Shown here one piece after another: positions 39,432-50,768 of a DNA stretch of 64,000 bases; the stretch's first letter is position 1; each line of letters starts with the position of its first letter. Source of the stretch: Eledone cirrhosa (taxonomy: Eukaryota). The stretch lies in the NCBI GenBank assembly GCA_964016885.1, contig OZ024744.1:115258001-115322000 (forward strand). The letters run 5' to 3'. Both the position numbers and the translations under genes were made by a program. The notes beneath the pieces are model-generated. The model was not told where the DNA came from. It saw nothing but the letters and a program-made list of their open reading frames with translations, and ran no database searches.

Positions 39432-42400
39432 ATCATCATCATCATCATCATCATCAACGTTTAACGTCCGTGTTCCACGCTTGCATGGGTTTGGACGGGG
39501 GTAGTCCCACTTGAGGCAAGAGTGATTGTCTTGCTCGCATAGGACTGTCTGGCAGGTTTTCTACAGTTGGATGCCCTTCCTAACACCAACCACATTTACA
39601 GTGTGGGTCTGGGAGGTTTTTACCGTGTTGCCTACACGGCCACATTACAGCGTGGACTGTGTGTTTTTTGTCGTGACACCTACACGATCTCATTTGTTTC
39701 GGCCTCGATGGCGCGGCACCAACATAACTTTACATAGAACGGGGTGGTGTGGATGGGGTGGTGGTGGTGGGACGGGGTGTATTTTGTTAGAGATGCCTAC
39801 TGGCTGTAGTAGGTTTTACTATATATTTAGGTAAGGCGGGTCTTCTCTGCTACTGAGTACCGCCAAAGGTCTCGGTCCAGTGACATTGTCTTGGAGAGGT
39901 GTAAGTGTGTGATGTCGGAGTTTATCAGCTCGTCCCAGGTTTTTCTAGGTCTGCCTATTCCGTGACTACCGTCTATCTTTATTGCCCTGCACTTTGTTAT
40001 ACAGCTATCGACTTTCATGCGCATCACGTGTCCATACCAACGTAGCCTTCTCTCGAGTAAACAACATCTGATCCCTCTTATCTCTAATTTTTTCCTTAGT
40101 TCGTTTATGCTTTGCCGTTCACGTATATTACTGTTACACATCCAGCGGAGAATGCAAGCTTCGTTCCTCTCTAGTCTGCGTATATCCTCTGCACACAATG
40201 CCCAGGTCTCACTGCCATGCAGCATTGCTGTTCGTATGCAGGCATCGTACAACCTGCCTTTCATTTTTAGTGAGAACCCTTTAGCAGCTAATAGTGGTAT
40301 AAGCTCTCTGAACTTTTTCCAACCAGTTCTGACTCTAGCTACAGTACTTTCAGAGCACCCTCCCCCACTGCTGATTTTATCGCCCAGGTAACGGAAGCTG
40401 TCCACTATTTCTATAGAACCCTCTGCGCAATTGAAAGAGCTAGTATTTTGTGGGCACTTGCTGCTACTTATTGCACCAGAGCACCGGCCACATGTAAAAT
40501 CTATGTTCTTAGTTAGCTTACCTGTGATCCCACTACATCTTTTATGCACCCATACTTTGCATTTAGGACATAAAATGGAGTTTCTCCCTACGCCTTTCCT
40601 ACACACCGAGCACGACCATTTCCCAGAAGGGACCGCCGCCTTGTTTTCTTTCCTACAAACTAGTACTTTGGTCTTAGCCAGGTTAATTTTAAGTCCTTTT
40701 GACTCTAGGCCGTGCTTCCATGTTTGGAATTTCTTCTCTAGCTCGGCCATTGATTCCGCTATGAGTGTCAGGTCGTCTGCGTATAGGAGTTCCCATGGGC
40801 AGCCTGTCTTGAACTCCTCTGTTATAGCCTGAAGGGCAATAATAAATAGTAGTGGGCTGAGAACAGAGCCCTGATGGACGCCAACTTTTACGCTAAACTC
40901 TTCACTATATTCGTTGTTAATTCTAACCTTGCTGACTGTTTCTTTATACATGGCTTGTATAGCCCTCACAAGCCATTCGTCAACGCCTAGTTTTCTAAGA
41001 GCCCACCAGATAATGGAGCGGGGGACTCTGTCGAAGGCTTTCTCCAAGTCGACAAAAGCTAAGTAGAGGGGTTTACCTTTAGCTAGGTACTTCTCCTGTA
41101 GTTGTCGTACTATGAAAAGAGCGTCTGTGGTACTTTTGCCTGACACAAACCCGAACTGCATTTCATCTAGGTCAATTGTCTCTCTGATTAGTTGCGCTAT
41201 TACTTTTTCCGTGACCTTCATGACCTGGTCGATTAATTTAATGCCTCTATAGTTACTCCTATCTAGGGCGTCTCCTTTACCCTTATAACAGTTAACGATG
41301 ATGCTGCTATGCCAGTCCTTCGGAACAACCCCATTCTGTACGACTTGGTTAACTATGCGGGTGACCATGGTGTGTCCCACCGTGCCAGATGCCTTCAGCA
41401 TCTCAGCAACTATTTCCGAAGGCCCAGCCGCCTTACCCGTCTTCATATCCTTGATTGCCTTACTTATTATACTCCCCTCGACTAACACTGCTGGTCCCTC
41501 TATTGGGTCGATATGGGGGAGACTGTCTTTCTCCCATTTATTCTCCTCATTTAGTAGCCTTTCATAGTGACACTTCCAAGCTACCTTCTTATCAGCGTCG
41601 GTGATGGCAAGTGTACCATCGTCGTTTAGTACACACTTCTCCCCGACAATATCACAGTTTTCCTTGACGCATTGCCTAGCAATCCTGAACACCTCACGTT
41701 TTTGGTCATCGCGTTGTAGAACATGCTTGAACTTTCTTTCCTCAGCTTCCCTTCTTGCTAAGTACACTTGTCTCCTAGCTTCCCTCCTGGCCACTTGATA
41801 GTCCTCTCTACTTCCCCCATCCCGCCATACTTTCCAAGCCTGCTTTTTGGCCTTAATTGACCCCTCCACCTTACTGTTCCACCACCATGTTACTCTCCTC
41901 CTGCCTACAGGCCTGCTCCAGCCACAGACTTCGTCTGTCGCCAACAGCAGGTTTGCTTTCAGAAATTCCCACTCTCCCTCTATATTGTCCGACTCTAAAT
42001 GTTCTTCCTTACTGTCGAAAGCATCAAGTAATATGCTTTGAAATTTATTCCTGGCTGTGGGGTCCTTTAGCTTCCATATTTTTCTCCTGAGGATAGTCCT
42101 CTTCTGCTGTCGAGTACGTCTCGTCCTGACTATGAGGTCGCTAATTATCAGTCTATGTTGGGAGGTGCATTCTTCATGGGGGAGGGATTTAGTGTTTACA
42201 ACAGACACTCTGTCACGTCTTCTGGTAAGGATATAATCTACCTGGCTTGTGTGTTCCCCGGATCTATAGGTGATCAGGTGATTGTCACATTTTTTGAAGT
42301 TAGTGTTACAGATAGTTAGGTTATTTGCATCACAGAATTCCAGGATTCTGGAGCCTTCCTCATTTCTAGTACCAAACCCATAGCCTCCATGGATTTCGTC

Positions 42401-43253
42401 GTAGCCGTCACAATGTTGTCCAACGTGACCATTTAGGTCGCCTGCGATAATTATATAGTCACTGTCGGATATTTGGGAGGTAGTTAGCATCAGTGTCTCA
42501 TAGAATCTGTCTTTTATAGTGCCGGGCAGTCCGGATTGGGGTGCGTACGCAGATATTACTGTCACCGTAGTTCTATTGAGGACAAGTCGTATTTTAATTA
42601 TTCTGTCGTTCACTCTATTTACGTCTATTATCTTATCTGCCCACTTTTCTGCTACCATGATTCCTACTCCACCCAGCCCATCGTCGTTTCCCACCCAGAA
42701 AAGCTTATAACATCGTTTTTTACCCTCAATGAACCTAGCAGACCCACCCCTCCACCTGGTCTCTTGAATACAACAAACATCGACCTCCTTACGTTCAAGC
42801 ATTTCTACAACCTCGTTAGCGCGACCCTTTAGGGTGCCTACATTTATGGTACCAACTCTGAAGTTTTGGATTGCGTTTGGGGGTTGGGGGCGGTGGGGGG
42901 CGGGGGGCGATGGGGTTATGTTAGCCGTCCGCGGTCGAAACAATGAGGAGTGCTCGCATTCTCGTCCAAGAGGTGAATTTGTCTTTATCTTTGGCATTGT
43001 CGCTGAGCGTCCAGATTTTTCTCTCTCTCTCCTCCACTCTCCAGGATTCCGCAGTCCATCCATCATATTGAGAGGCAACCAGGCAAGCGATAGTATAGGC
43101 CTCTGGCTTCTGATTGGTCCGCGTAATAATAATGGTGATGCGTGGGGGCTCTGTTTTATGATTGGTCCACGTAATAGCAATGGTGGTGCGTGGGGGTGGG
43201 GGGAGGGGGAGGGGTGGGGGGAGCTAGCTAGAAGGTAATGATTGAATGGGGTC
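39432..43253 (-). mobile_element. Apparently full-length RTE-clade LINE
   Basis: Single uninterrupted APE+RT ORF, ~400-bp 3'UTR ending ggacgttaaacgtt(GAT)n at 39432-39460, and a GC-rich 5' region. The 5' boundary is uncertain (43253 or 43760). Confidence 0.93.
39827..43066 (-). CDS. RTE LINE ORF: APE endonuclease + reverse transcriptase + PHD-like zinc finger
   Basis: APE motifs GTINV, CIQETRW, SAYAPQ, GDLNGH, VDY, SQH; RT motifs NYRGIKL, QFGF, FVDLEKAFDRV, GVHQGSVLSP, LLYADD, FRYLG. The true start is probably ATG 43066 or 42997 rather than the track's 43330. Confidence 0.95.
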   Translation of the reverse strand: MMDGLRNPGEWRREREKSGRSATMPKIKTNSPLGRECEHSSLFRPRTANITPSPPAPHRPQPPNAIQNFRVGTINVGTLKGRANEVVEMLERKEVDVCCIQETRWRGGSARFIEGKKRCYKLFWVGNDDGLGGVGIMVAEKWADKIIDVNRVNDRIIKIRLVLNRTTVTVISAYAPQSGLPGTIKDRFYETLMLTTSQISDSDYIIIAGDLNGHVGQHCDGYDEIHGGYGFGTRNEEGSRILEFCDANNLTICNTNFKKCDNHLITYRSGEHTSQVDYILTRRRDRVSVVNTKSLPHEECTSQHRLIISDLIVRTRRTRQQKRTILRRKIWKLKDPTARNKFQSILLDAFDSKEEHLESDNIEGEWEFLKANLLLATDEVCGWSRPVGRRRVTWWWNSKVEGSIKAKKQAWKVWRDGGSREDYQVARREARRQVYLARREAEERKFKHVLQRDDQKREVFRIARQCVKENCDIVGEKCVLNDDGTLAITDADKKVAWKCHYERLLNEENKWEKDSLPHIDPIEGPAVLVEGSIISKAIKDMKTGKAAGPSEIVAEMLKASGTVGHTMVTRIVNQVVQNGVVPKDWHSSIIVNCYKGKGDALDRSNYRGIKLIDQVMKVTEKVIAQLIRETIDLDEMQFGFVSGKSTTDALFIVRQLQEKYLAKGKPLYLAFVDLEKAFDRVPRSIIWWALRKLGVDEWLVRAIQAMYKETVSKVRINNEYSEEFSVKVGVHQGSVLSPLLFIIALQAITEEFKTGCPWELLYADDLTLIAESMAELEKKFQTWKHGLESKGLKINLAKTKVLVCRKENKAAVPSGKWSCSVCRKGVGRNSILCPKCKVWVHKRCSGITGKLTKNIDFTCGRCSGAISSSKCPQNTSSFNCAEGSIEIVDSFRYLGDKISSGGGCSESTVARVRTGWKKFRELIPLLAAKGFSLKMKGRLYDACIRTAMLHGSETWALCAEDIRRLERNEACILRWMCNSNIRERQSINELRKKLEIRGIRCCLLERRLRWYGHVMRMKVDSCITKCRAIKIDGSHGIGRPRKTWDELINSDITHLHLSKTMSLDRDLWRYSVAEKTRLT

Positions 43254-44239
43254 CTTGCATTTAACAAGCGATTAACAAAAATACAAAATTTGTTCTGTTG
43301 AATACGACCAAAAACTTTCGTATTTAACAATTAATAGAAACAGAAAATGTAGTTTGTTTTAGCGATAGATTGGATATTTGGACTTGATACGAAATATGGA
43401 TTGTTTTGAAAATACGCTAGAATTAGAATTAAAATACGCTAGAATCAGGATTTGTGGAGGGAGAGAAATGAAATCTGTACATTACGTTACATGAATATCG
43501 TGGGGTCGAGACAGCAAGCAATGAAATTTGGCGAAGTGAATTCCTATCATATATATATATATATAGAGGGGGGGGGGTGGCCGCATGATGGTTGTGTGTG
43601 TTAGGCGTTTGACCGCCCCATGCCTTCGAAGAAGGAAGAAGGAAAGGATTTTGTTTTTTTGTTTTGAAGATACGCTAGAATTAGGGATTGAGGTTTGAAA
43701 ATACGTTAGGAATTAAGGCTTGAAAATATGCTAGCTAGAAGGTAATGATTGAATGGGGTCACATACACACACATATCTACAACAAGACGAAGAAATTTAT
43801 GTGTACATAACACACACACATATATAAACATACGATCACACACACGTGTATATACACACACATATAACAAAGTGAAGAAAATTATGTGTATATATACACA
43901 CACATACACACACAAACACATAACAAGGTGAAGAAAGTTGTGTGTTGAAGGTTTCAAGCTGAACATAGTTTCACAATCAAATAAACAGGGTACAGTCTAG
44001 AGTATTAGGAATTAAACAGGGTACAGTCTATAAAGAATTAGGAATAAAACAGGGCACAGTCTATAGAGTATTAGGAATTAAACAGGGTACAGTCTAGAGT
44101 ATAAGGAATTAATCATTATCTTGGCAGAGTTGCCGGAAAATTCGTTCGTTGAGGGAATGCTGTTTGATAAAATTGATGACATCAATGGCCACCTGCTAGG
44201 ACTTGCTCAGAGGCTTGCTGAGTTTCTTCACAGCCAAGT

Positions 44240-44578
44240 GTATGTATCACCTGCTTATGTGTTGTATGTGATCCTAGATGTGTGTATTACCTGCTTGTGT
44301 GTTGTATGTGGTCCTAGATGTGTGTGCTACCTCCTTATATGTTGCATGTGGTCCTAGATGTATGTATTACCTGATTATGTGTTGTATGTGATCCTAGATG
44401 TGTGTATTACCTGCTTGTGTGTTATATGTGGTCCTAGATGTGTGTGCTACCTCCTTATATGTTGCATGTGGTCCTAGATGTATGTATTACCTGATTATGT
44501 GTTGTATGTGATCCTAGATGTGTGTATTATCTGATTGTGTTGTATGTGGTCCTACATGTGTGTGCTACCCGCTTCTGT
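44240..44578. repeat. 40-bp minisatellite with 120-bp (3-mer) higher-order structure
   Basis: Unit tatgtattacctgattatgtgttgtatgtgatcctagatg; 44281-44400 and 44401-44520 are near-identical. Confidence 0.9.
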
Positions 44579-44989
44579 GTTTTTTTATTTTTTTTATTTG
44601 TAATATTATTTATCCAATTGGGAATAAAATAGATCTACATAGTGTTAACTCGTTACGGTTGAGTCAATAATTTCAGACATGAAATACATTGTTATCAATG
44701 AAGGAAAGACAAGGCTGCGCTCGAAGTGTCCTTGACCCAGTTGACTGTGGGTTTTTCCATTGTTAGGATCCCAATTACCGGTTAATGTCTAGACACACCT
44801 GCACACCAGCTCATACATGCGGTCAGACCAGAGTTATGCTATCTGCATGCTCATTCAAATGCATTCACACTGGCTGTCTAAAAGACATACAAATATGGCT
44901 TATAAAACTTACCAAAGTAAAGAGCCTTCCAGTGCCCCACAAAGTACCAAACGCCCCCTTGCATATGCCCCCCATTGAGAAACTTTGGT
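44579..44989 (-). mobile_element. Probable poly(A)-tailed retroposon 3' fragment
   Basis: T-rich run at 44579-44600 reads as an A-rich tail on the minus strand; unique sequence inserted in the satellite. Family not recognised. Confidence 0.35.
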
Positions 44990-47900
44990 AGGGTACAGTC
45001 TAGAGCATTAGAAATTAAACAGGGTACATTCTATAGAGTATTAGGAATTAAACTGGGTACAGTCTATAAAGTATTAGGAATTACGCAGGGTGCAGTCTAA
45101 AGTATTAGGAATTAAACAGGGTACAGTCTATAGAGTGTTAGGAATTAAACAGGGTAAGTCTATAGAGTGTTAGGAATTAAACAGGGTACAGACTATTAAG
45201 TATTACGAATTAAACAGGGTGCAATCTAGAGTATTAGGAATTAAACAGGGTACAATCTATAGAGTAGTAGGAATTAAACAGAGTACAGTCTATAGAGTTT
45301 AAGGAATTAAACAGAGTACAGTCTCTCAAGTATTAGGAATTAAACAGGGTAGTCTATAGAGTATTAGGAATTAAACAGGGTACAGTCTAAACTATTAGGA
45401 ATAAAACAGAGTACATTCTGTAGAGTATTAAGAATCAAACAGGGTACAGTATATAAGGTATTAGGAATTAAACAGGGTACAGTCTATAGGGTATTAGGAA
45501 TTAAACAGGGTACAGTCTAGAGTATTAGGAATTAAACAGGGTACAGTCTAGAGTATTAGGAATGAAACAGGGTACAGTCTAGAGTATTAGGAATTAAACA
45601 GGTTACAGTCTATAGAGTATAGCGGATGAAACAGGGTACAGTCTATAGAGTATTAGGGATTAAACAGAGTAGAGTGTATCGAGTATCAAGAATTAAACAG
45701 GGTACAGTACTATAGAGTATTAGGAATTAAACAGGGTACAGTCTAGAATGTTAGGAATTAAACAGGGTACAGTCTAGAATATTAGTAATTAAACAGGGTA
45801 CATTCTATAGATTATTAGGAATTAAACAGGGTACAGTCTATAAAGTATTAAGAATTAAACAGGGTACAGTCTAGAGTATTAGGAATTAAACAGGGTTAGG
45901 TCTAGAGTAATAGGAATTAAACAGGGTACATTCTATAGAGTATTAGGAATTAAACAGGGTACAGTCTAGAGTATTAGGAATTACAGAGGGTACAGTCTAA
46001 AGTATTAGGACTTAAACAGGGTACAGTCTAGAGTATTAGGAATTAAACAGGGTACAGTCTAGAGTAATAGGAATTACACAGGGTGCAGTTTAAAGTATGA
46101 GGAATTAAACAGGGTACAGTCTAGAGTATTAGGAATTAAACAGGGTACAGTACTATAAAGTATTAGGAATTAAACAGGGTACAGTCCATAGAGTATTAGG
46201 AATTAAACAGGGTACAGTCTAGAGTATTAGGAATTAAACAGGGTACAGTCCAGAGTATTAGGAATTAAGCAGGGTTCAGTCTAGAGTTTAAGGAATTAAA
46301 CTGGGTACAGTCTAGAGTATTAGGAATTAAACAGGGTACAGTCTAGAGTATTAGGAATTAAACAGGGTACAGTCTATAGAGTATTAGAAATTAAACAGGG
46401 TACATTCTATAGATTATTAGGAATTAAACAGGGTACAGTCTATAAAGTATTAAGAATTAAACAGGGTACAGTCTAGAGTATTAGGAATTAAACAGGGTTA
46501 GGTCTAGAGTAATAGGAATTAAACAGGGTACAGTCTAGAGTATTAGGAATTACAGAGGGTACAGTCTAGAGTATTAGGAATTAAACAGGGTACAGTCTAG
46601 AGTAATAGGAATTACACAGGGTGCAGTTTAAAGTATGAGGAATTAAACAGGGTACAGTCTAGAGTATTAGGAATTAAACAGGGTGCAGTACTATTGAGTA
46701 TAAGGAATTAAACAGGGTTAGGTCTAGAGTATTAGGAATTAAACAGGGTACATTCTATAGAATATTAGGAATTAAACAGGGTACAGTCTAGAGTATTAGG
46801 AATTACAGAGGGTACAGTCTAAAGTATTTGGACTTAAACAAGGTACAGTTTAGATTATTAGGAATTAAACAGGGTTAGGTTTAGAGTGTTAAGAATTAAA
46901 CAGGGTTAGGTCAAGAGTATTAGGAATTAAACAGGGTACAGTCTAGAGTATTAGGAATTAAACAGGGTTAAGTCTAGAGTATTAGGACTTAAACAGGGTA
47001 CAGTCTAGAGTAATAGGAATTACACAGGGTGCAGTTTAAAGTATGAGGAATTAAACAGGGTACAGTCTAGAGTATTAGGAATTAAACAGGGTACAGTACT
47101 ATAAAGTATTAGGAATTAAACAGGGTACACTCCATAGAGTATTGGGAATTAAACAGGGTACAGTCTAGAGTATTAGGAATTAAACAGGGTACAGTCTAGA
47201 GTATTAGGAATTAAACACGGTACAGTCTATAGATTATTAGGAATTAAACAGATTAAATTCTATAGAGTATTAGGAATTAAACAGGGTAGAGTCTATAGAG
47301 TATTTGGGATGAAACAGGGTTCAGTCTATAAAGTTTTAGGAATTACACAGGCTACAGTCTAAAGTATTAGGAATTAACCAGGTACAGTCTAGAGTATTAA
47401 GAATTAAACAGGGTACAGTCTATAGAGGATTAGGAATTAAACAGGGTACAGTCGAGAGTATTACAAATTAAACAGGGTACAGTCTATACAGTATTACAAA
47501 TTAAACAGGGTACAGCCTATAGATTATTGGGAATTAAACGGGGTACAATCTATAGTGTTAGGAATTAAACATTGTACAGTCTATAGATTATTAGGAATTA
47601 AACAGGGTACAGTTTATAAAGTATTAGGAATTGAACAGGGTACAGTTTATAGATTATTAGGAATTAAACAGGGTAGCGTCAATATTAGGACTTAAACAGG
47701 CTACAGTACTATAGAGTATTAGGAATTAAACGGGGGAACAGTCTAGAGTGTTAGGAATTAAGGAGGGTACAGTCTAGAGTATTACGAATTGTACAGTGTA
47801 CAGTATTAGGAATTAAACAGGGTACATTCTATAGAGTATTAGGAATTACACAGGGTACAGTCTATAGATTATTAGGAATTAAACAGGGTACAGACTATAG

Positions 47901-49404
47901 AGTATTAGGAATTAAACAGGGTACAGTCTAAAGTATTAGGAATTACACAGGGTACAGTCTATAGATTATTAGGAATTAAACAGGGTACAGTCTAAAGTTT
48001 TAGGAATTAAACAGGGTACAGTCTATAGAGTATTAGGAATTACATAGGGTACAGTCTAGAGTATTAGGAATTAAACAGGTTACAGTCTATAGAGTATAGC
48101 GGATGAAACAGGGTACAATCTATAGAGTATTAGGGATTAAACAGAGTAGAATGTATCGAGTATCAAGAATTAAACAGGGTACAGTACTATAGAGTATTAG
48201 GAATTAAACAGGGTACAGTCTAGAATGTGAGGAATTAAACAGGGTACAGTCTAGAGTATTAGGAATTAAACAGGGTACATTCTATAGAGTATTAGGAATT
48301 AAACAGGGTACAGTCTAGAGTATTAGGAATTAAACAGGGTACATTCTAGAGTATTAGGAATTAAACAGGGTACAGTCTAGAGTATTAGGAATTAAACAGG
48401 ATACAGTCTAGAGTATTAGGAATTAAACAGGGTACAGTCTATAGAGTATTAGGAATTAAACAGGGTACATTCTAGAGTATTAGGAATTAAGCAGGGTATA
48501 GTCTATAGTGTATTAGGAATTAAGCAGGGTATAGTCTATAGTGTATTAAGAATTAAACAGGGTACAGTCTATAGAGTATTACGAATTAAACAGGGTACAG
48601 TCTAGAGCATTAGAAATTAAACAGGGTACAGTCTAAAGTATTAGGAATTAAACAGGGTACATTCTATAAAGTATTAGGAATTACACAGGGTACAGTCTAG
48701 AGTTTTAGGAATTAAACAGGGTACAGTCTATAGAGTATTAGGAATTACACAGGGTACAGTCTATAAAGTATAAGGTATTTCACAGGGTACAGTCTAAAGT
48801 TTTAGGAATTAAACAGGATACCGTCTATAGAGTATTAGGAATTAAACTGGGTACATTCTATAGAGTATTAGGAATTAAGCAGGGTTCAGTCTAGAGTATT
48901 AGGAATTAAAAAGGGTACAGTACTATAGAGTATTAGGAATTAAACAGGGTACAGTCTAGAGATTTGGGAATTAAACAGGATACAGTCTATAGAGTATTAG
49001 GAATTGAACAGGGTACAGTATATAGAGTATTAGCAATTAAGCACGGTTCAGTCTAGATTACTAGGAATTAAACAGGGTACACTCTGTAGAGTATTTGGAA
49101 TTAAACAGGGTACAGGGTATAAGGTATTAGGTATTAAACAGGGTACAGTCTATAGGGTATTAGGAATTAAACAGGGTAGAGTCTATAGAGTATTAGGAAT
49201 TAAACAGGGTACAGTCTAGAGTATTAGGAATCAAACAGAGTATAGTCTATAAAGTATTTGGAATTAAACAGGGTACAGTCTATAGAGTATTAGGAATTAC
49301 ACAGGGTACAGTCTAAAGTATTAGGAATTAAACAAGGTACACTCTATAGAGTATTGGATAAGCAGGTTAACTTTAAAAGTAAACTTAAACTCAAAATGTA
49401 ATGG

Positions 49405-49855
49405 GACGTAACTCTATGTCACAAAGCATGTTGTCTGAAGCTCTACCAATTATTGCCAATCCACCGCCCTTAGCGATAATAATTGTTTCTACTTTTAACA
49501 CAAGGCCAGCAGTTATCCCAGAGTATTACTGGTACTTTATTTTATCCACCCCCGCAAGTATGAAAGGCAAATTTAAACTCGGCAGGATTTGAACTCAGAA
49601 CGTAAAGAACCATAACTCTGTGCTGTAAAGCATGGTGTCTGACACTCTACCGATGCTGCCAATTCACCGCCTTTGGGAGTGTCAGACACCCTGCTTTGTA
49701 GCACAGAGTTATGGCCTTTTATGTTCTGAGTTCAAATCCTTAGCATAGATAATAATTTTCTATTTTAGGCACAAGGCCAGCAATTACCCAATACATTACT
49801 GGTACTTTATTTTACCGACCCTGTAAGGATGAAAGGCAAAGTTAACCTCGGCGGG
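49405..49855 (-). mobile_element. Cluster of tRNA/Nin-type SINEs: head fragment 49405-49471, full copy 49476-49672, rearranged copy 49677-49855
   Basis: Reverse complements of the SINE at 7155; the third copy has its head segment in + orientation. Confidence 0.85.
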
Positions 49856-50044
49856 AAGATAAAAAAGTTAAGACATTTTATTCATCTTACGTGAGTTTCT
49901 ATAAGAATTAGAAGGAAAATAGGAATGGTGAAAAACCTTGCTTAAGCTCGTTAATGTATTTAAATGTACCCTTATATATTACAATCTCAGTATTGACTTG
50001 AGGATTTTGTGATTAAATATTGATTTCACTCCCACAGGATCTTC

Positions 50045-50365
50045 CACAACAAATCTTATGTTTTGGACCCTAAAAGAAGCACACACCTCTTGGTAGTATT
50101 CCCATGATTCCTCAAAGACTCCTCACAGTTTGAATATTTGATCAGCTGTGTTGCATCTGGGGAGAAAACTACACTATGCATTAGCTAGCTTGGACTCAAC
50201 AATCTCTCTGCATCTCTTTGCCAGACACATAGTATAGACAAGGGAGGCTTAACAAGGAGATCCCTCTGTAACGGGAACAATCTCACTTGTCTCACTTTTT
50301 AAAAATTGGGATTATCACTCCTGATTGCCATTGGTTAGGTGCCGTTCTAAGGATCCAGGTCACTA
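50045..50365 (-). pseudogene. Decayed RT fragment of another RTE-type LINE
   Basis: Manual minus-strand translation: WQSGVIIPIFKK*DK*DCSRYRGISLLSLP / CLAKRCREIVESKL / TADQIFKL*GVFEESWEY (N-terminal RT motifs) with stops and frameshift. Confidence 0.8.
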
Positions 50366-50384
50366 GTTTATCATCATTATATTG

Positions 50385-50768
50385 TGGATTGGCAGTATTG
50401 GTAGAGGGTCGGACGCCATGCTTTGACGTATAGAGTTACGGTCCTAGCCATTCTGAGTTCAAATCCCGCCGAGGTTAACTTTGCCTTTCATCCTTACGGG
50501 GTCGATAAAATAAACTACCAGTAATGCACTGGGTAAATGCTGGCCTTGTGCCAAAAGTAGAAACAATTATATCGTGGATTGGCAGTATCAGTAGAGGGTC
50601 GGACACCATGGTTTGCAGCATAGATTTACAGCCCTTTACAGTCTGAGTTCAAATCCTGCTGAGGTTAAGTTTGTCTTTCATCCATACGGTGTTGATAAAA
50701 TAAAGTACCAGTAATGCACTGGGGTAATACTTTGTGCCATAAGTAGAAACAATTATTATTATTATTAT
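50385..50768 (+). mobile_element. Tandem pair of tRNA/Nin-type SINEs (50385-50570, 50573-50768)
   Basis: Each has gtggattggcagtat...gagttcaaatcc...ctttcatcc...gataaaataaa...agtagaaacaattat. Confidence 0.88.

Larger units (their letters stand above)
43981..49357. repeat. 31/33-bp diverged satellite, interrupted at 44113-44989
   Basis: Unit aggaattaaacagggtacagtcta(ta)gagtatt; about 4 units lie left of the insert and ~4.4 kb lie to the right. Confidence 0.97.

Noticed and set aside
43067-43330. N-terminal extension of the LINE ORF to 43330
   Set aside because: Non-ATG start; runs through 5'UTR repeats and a low-complexity tract.
39405-43780. Target-site duplication for the full-length RTE
   Set aside because: Only loose CA/TA-rich similarity on the two sides; no exact duplication could be identified.
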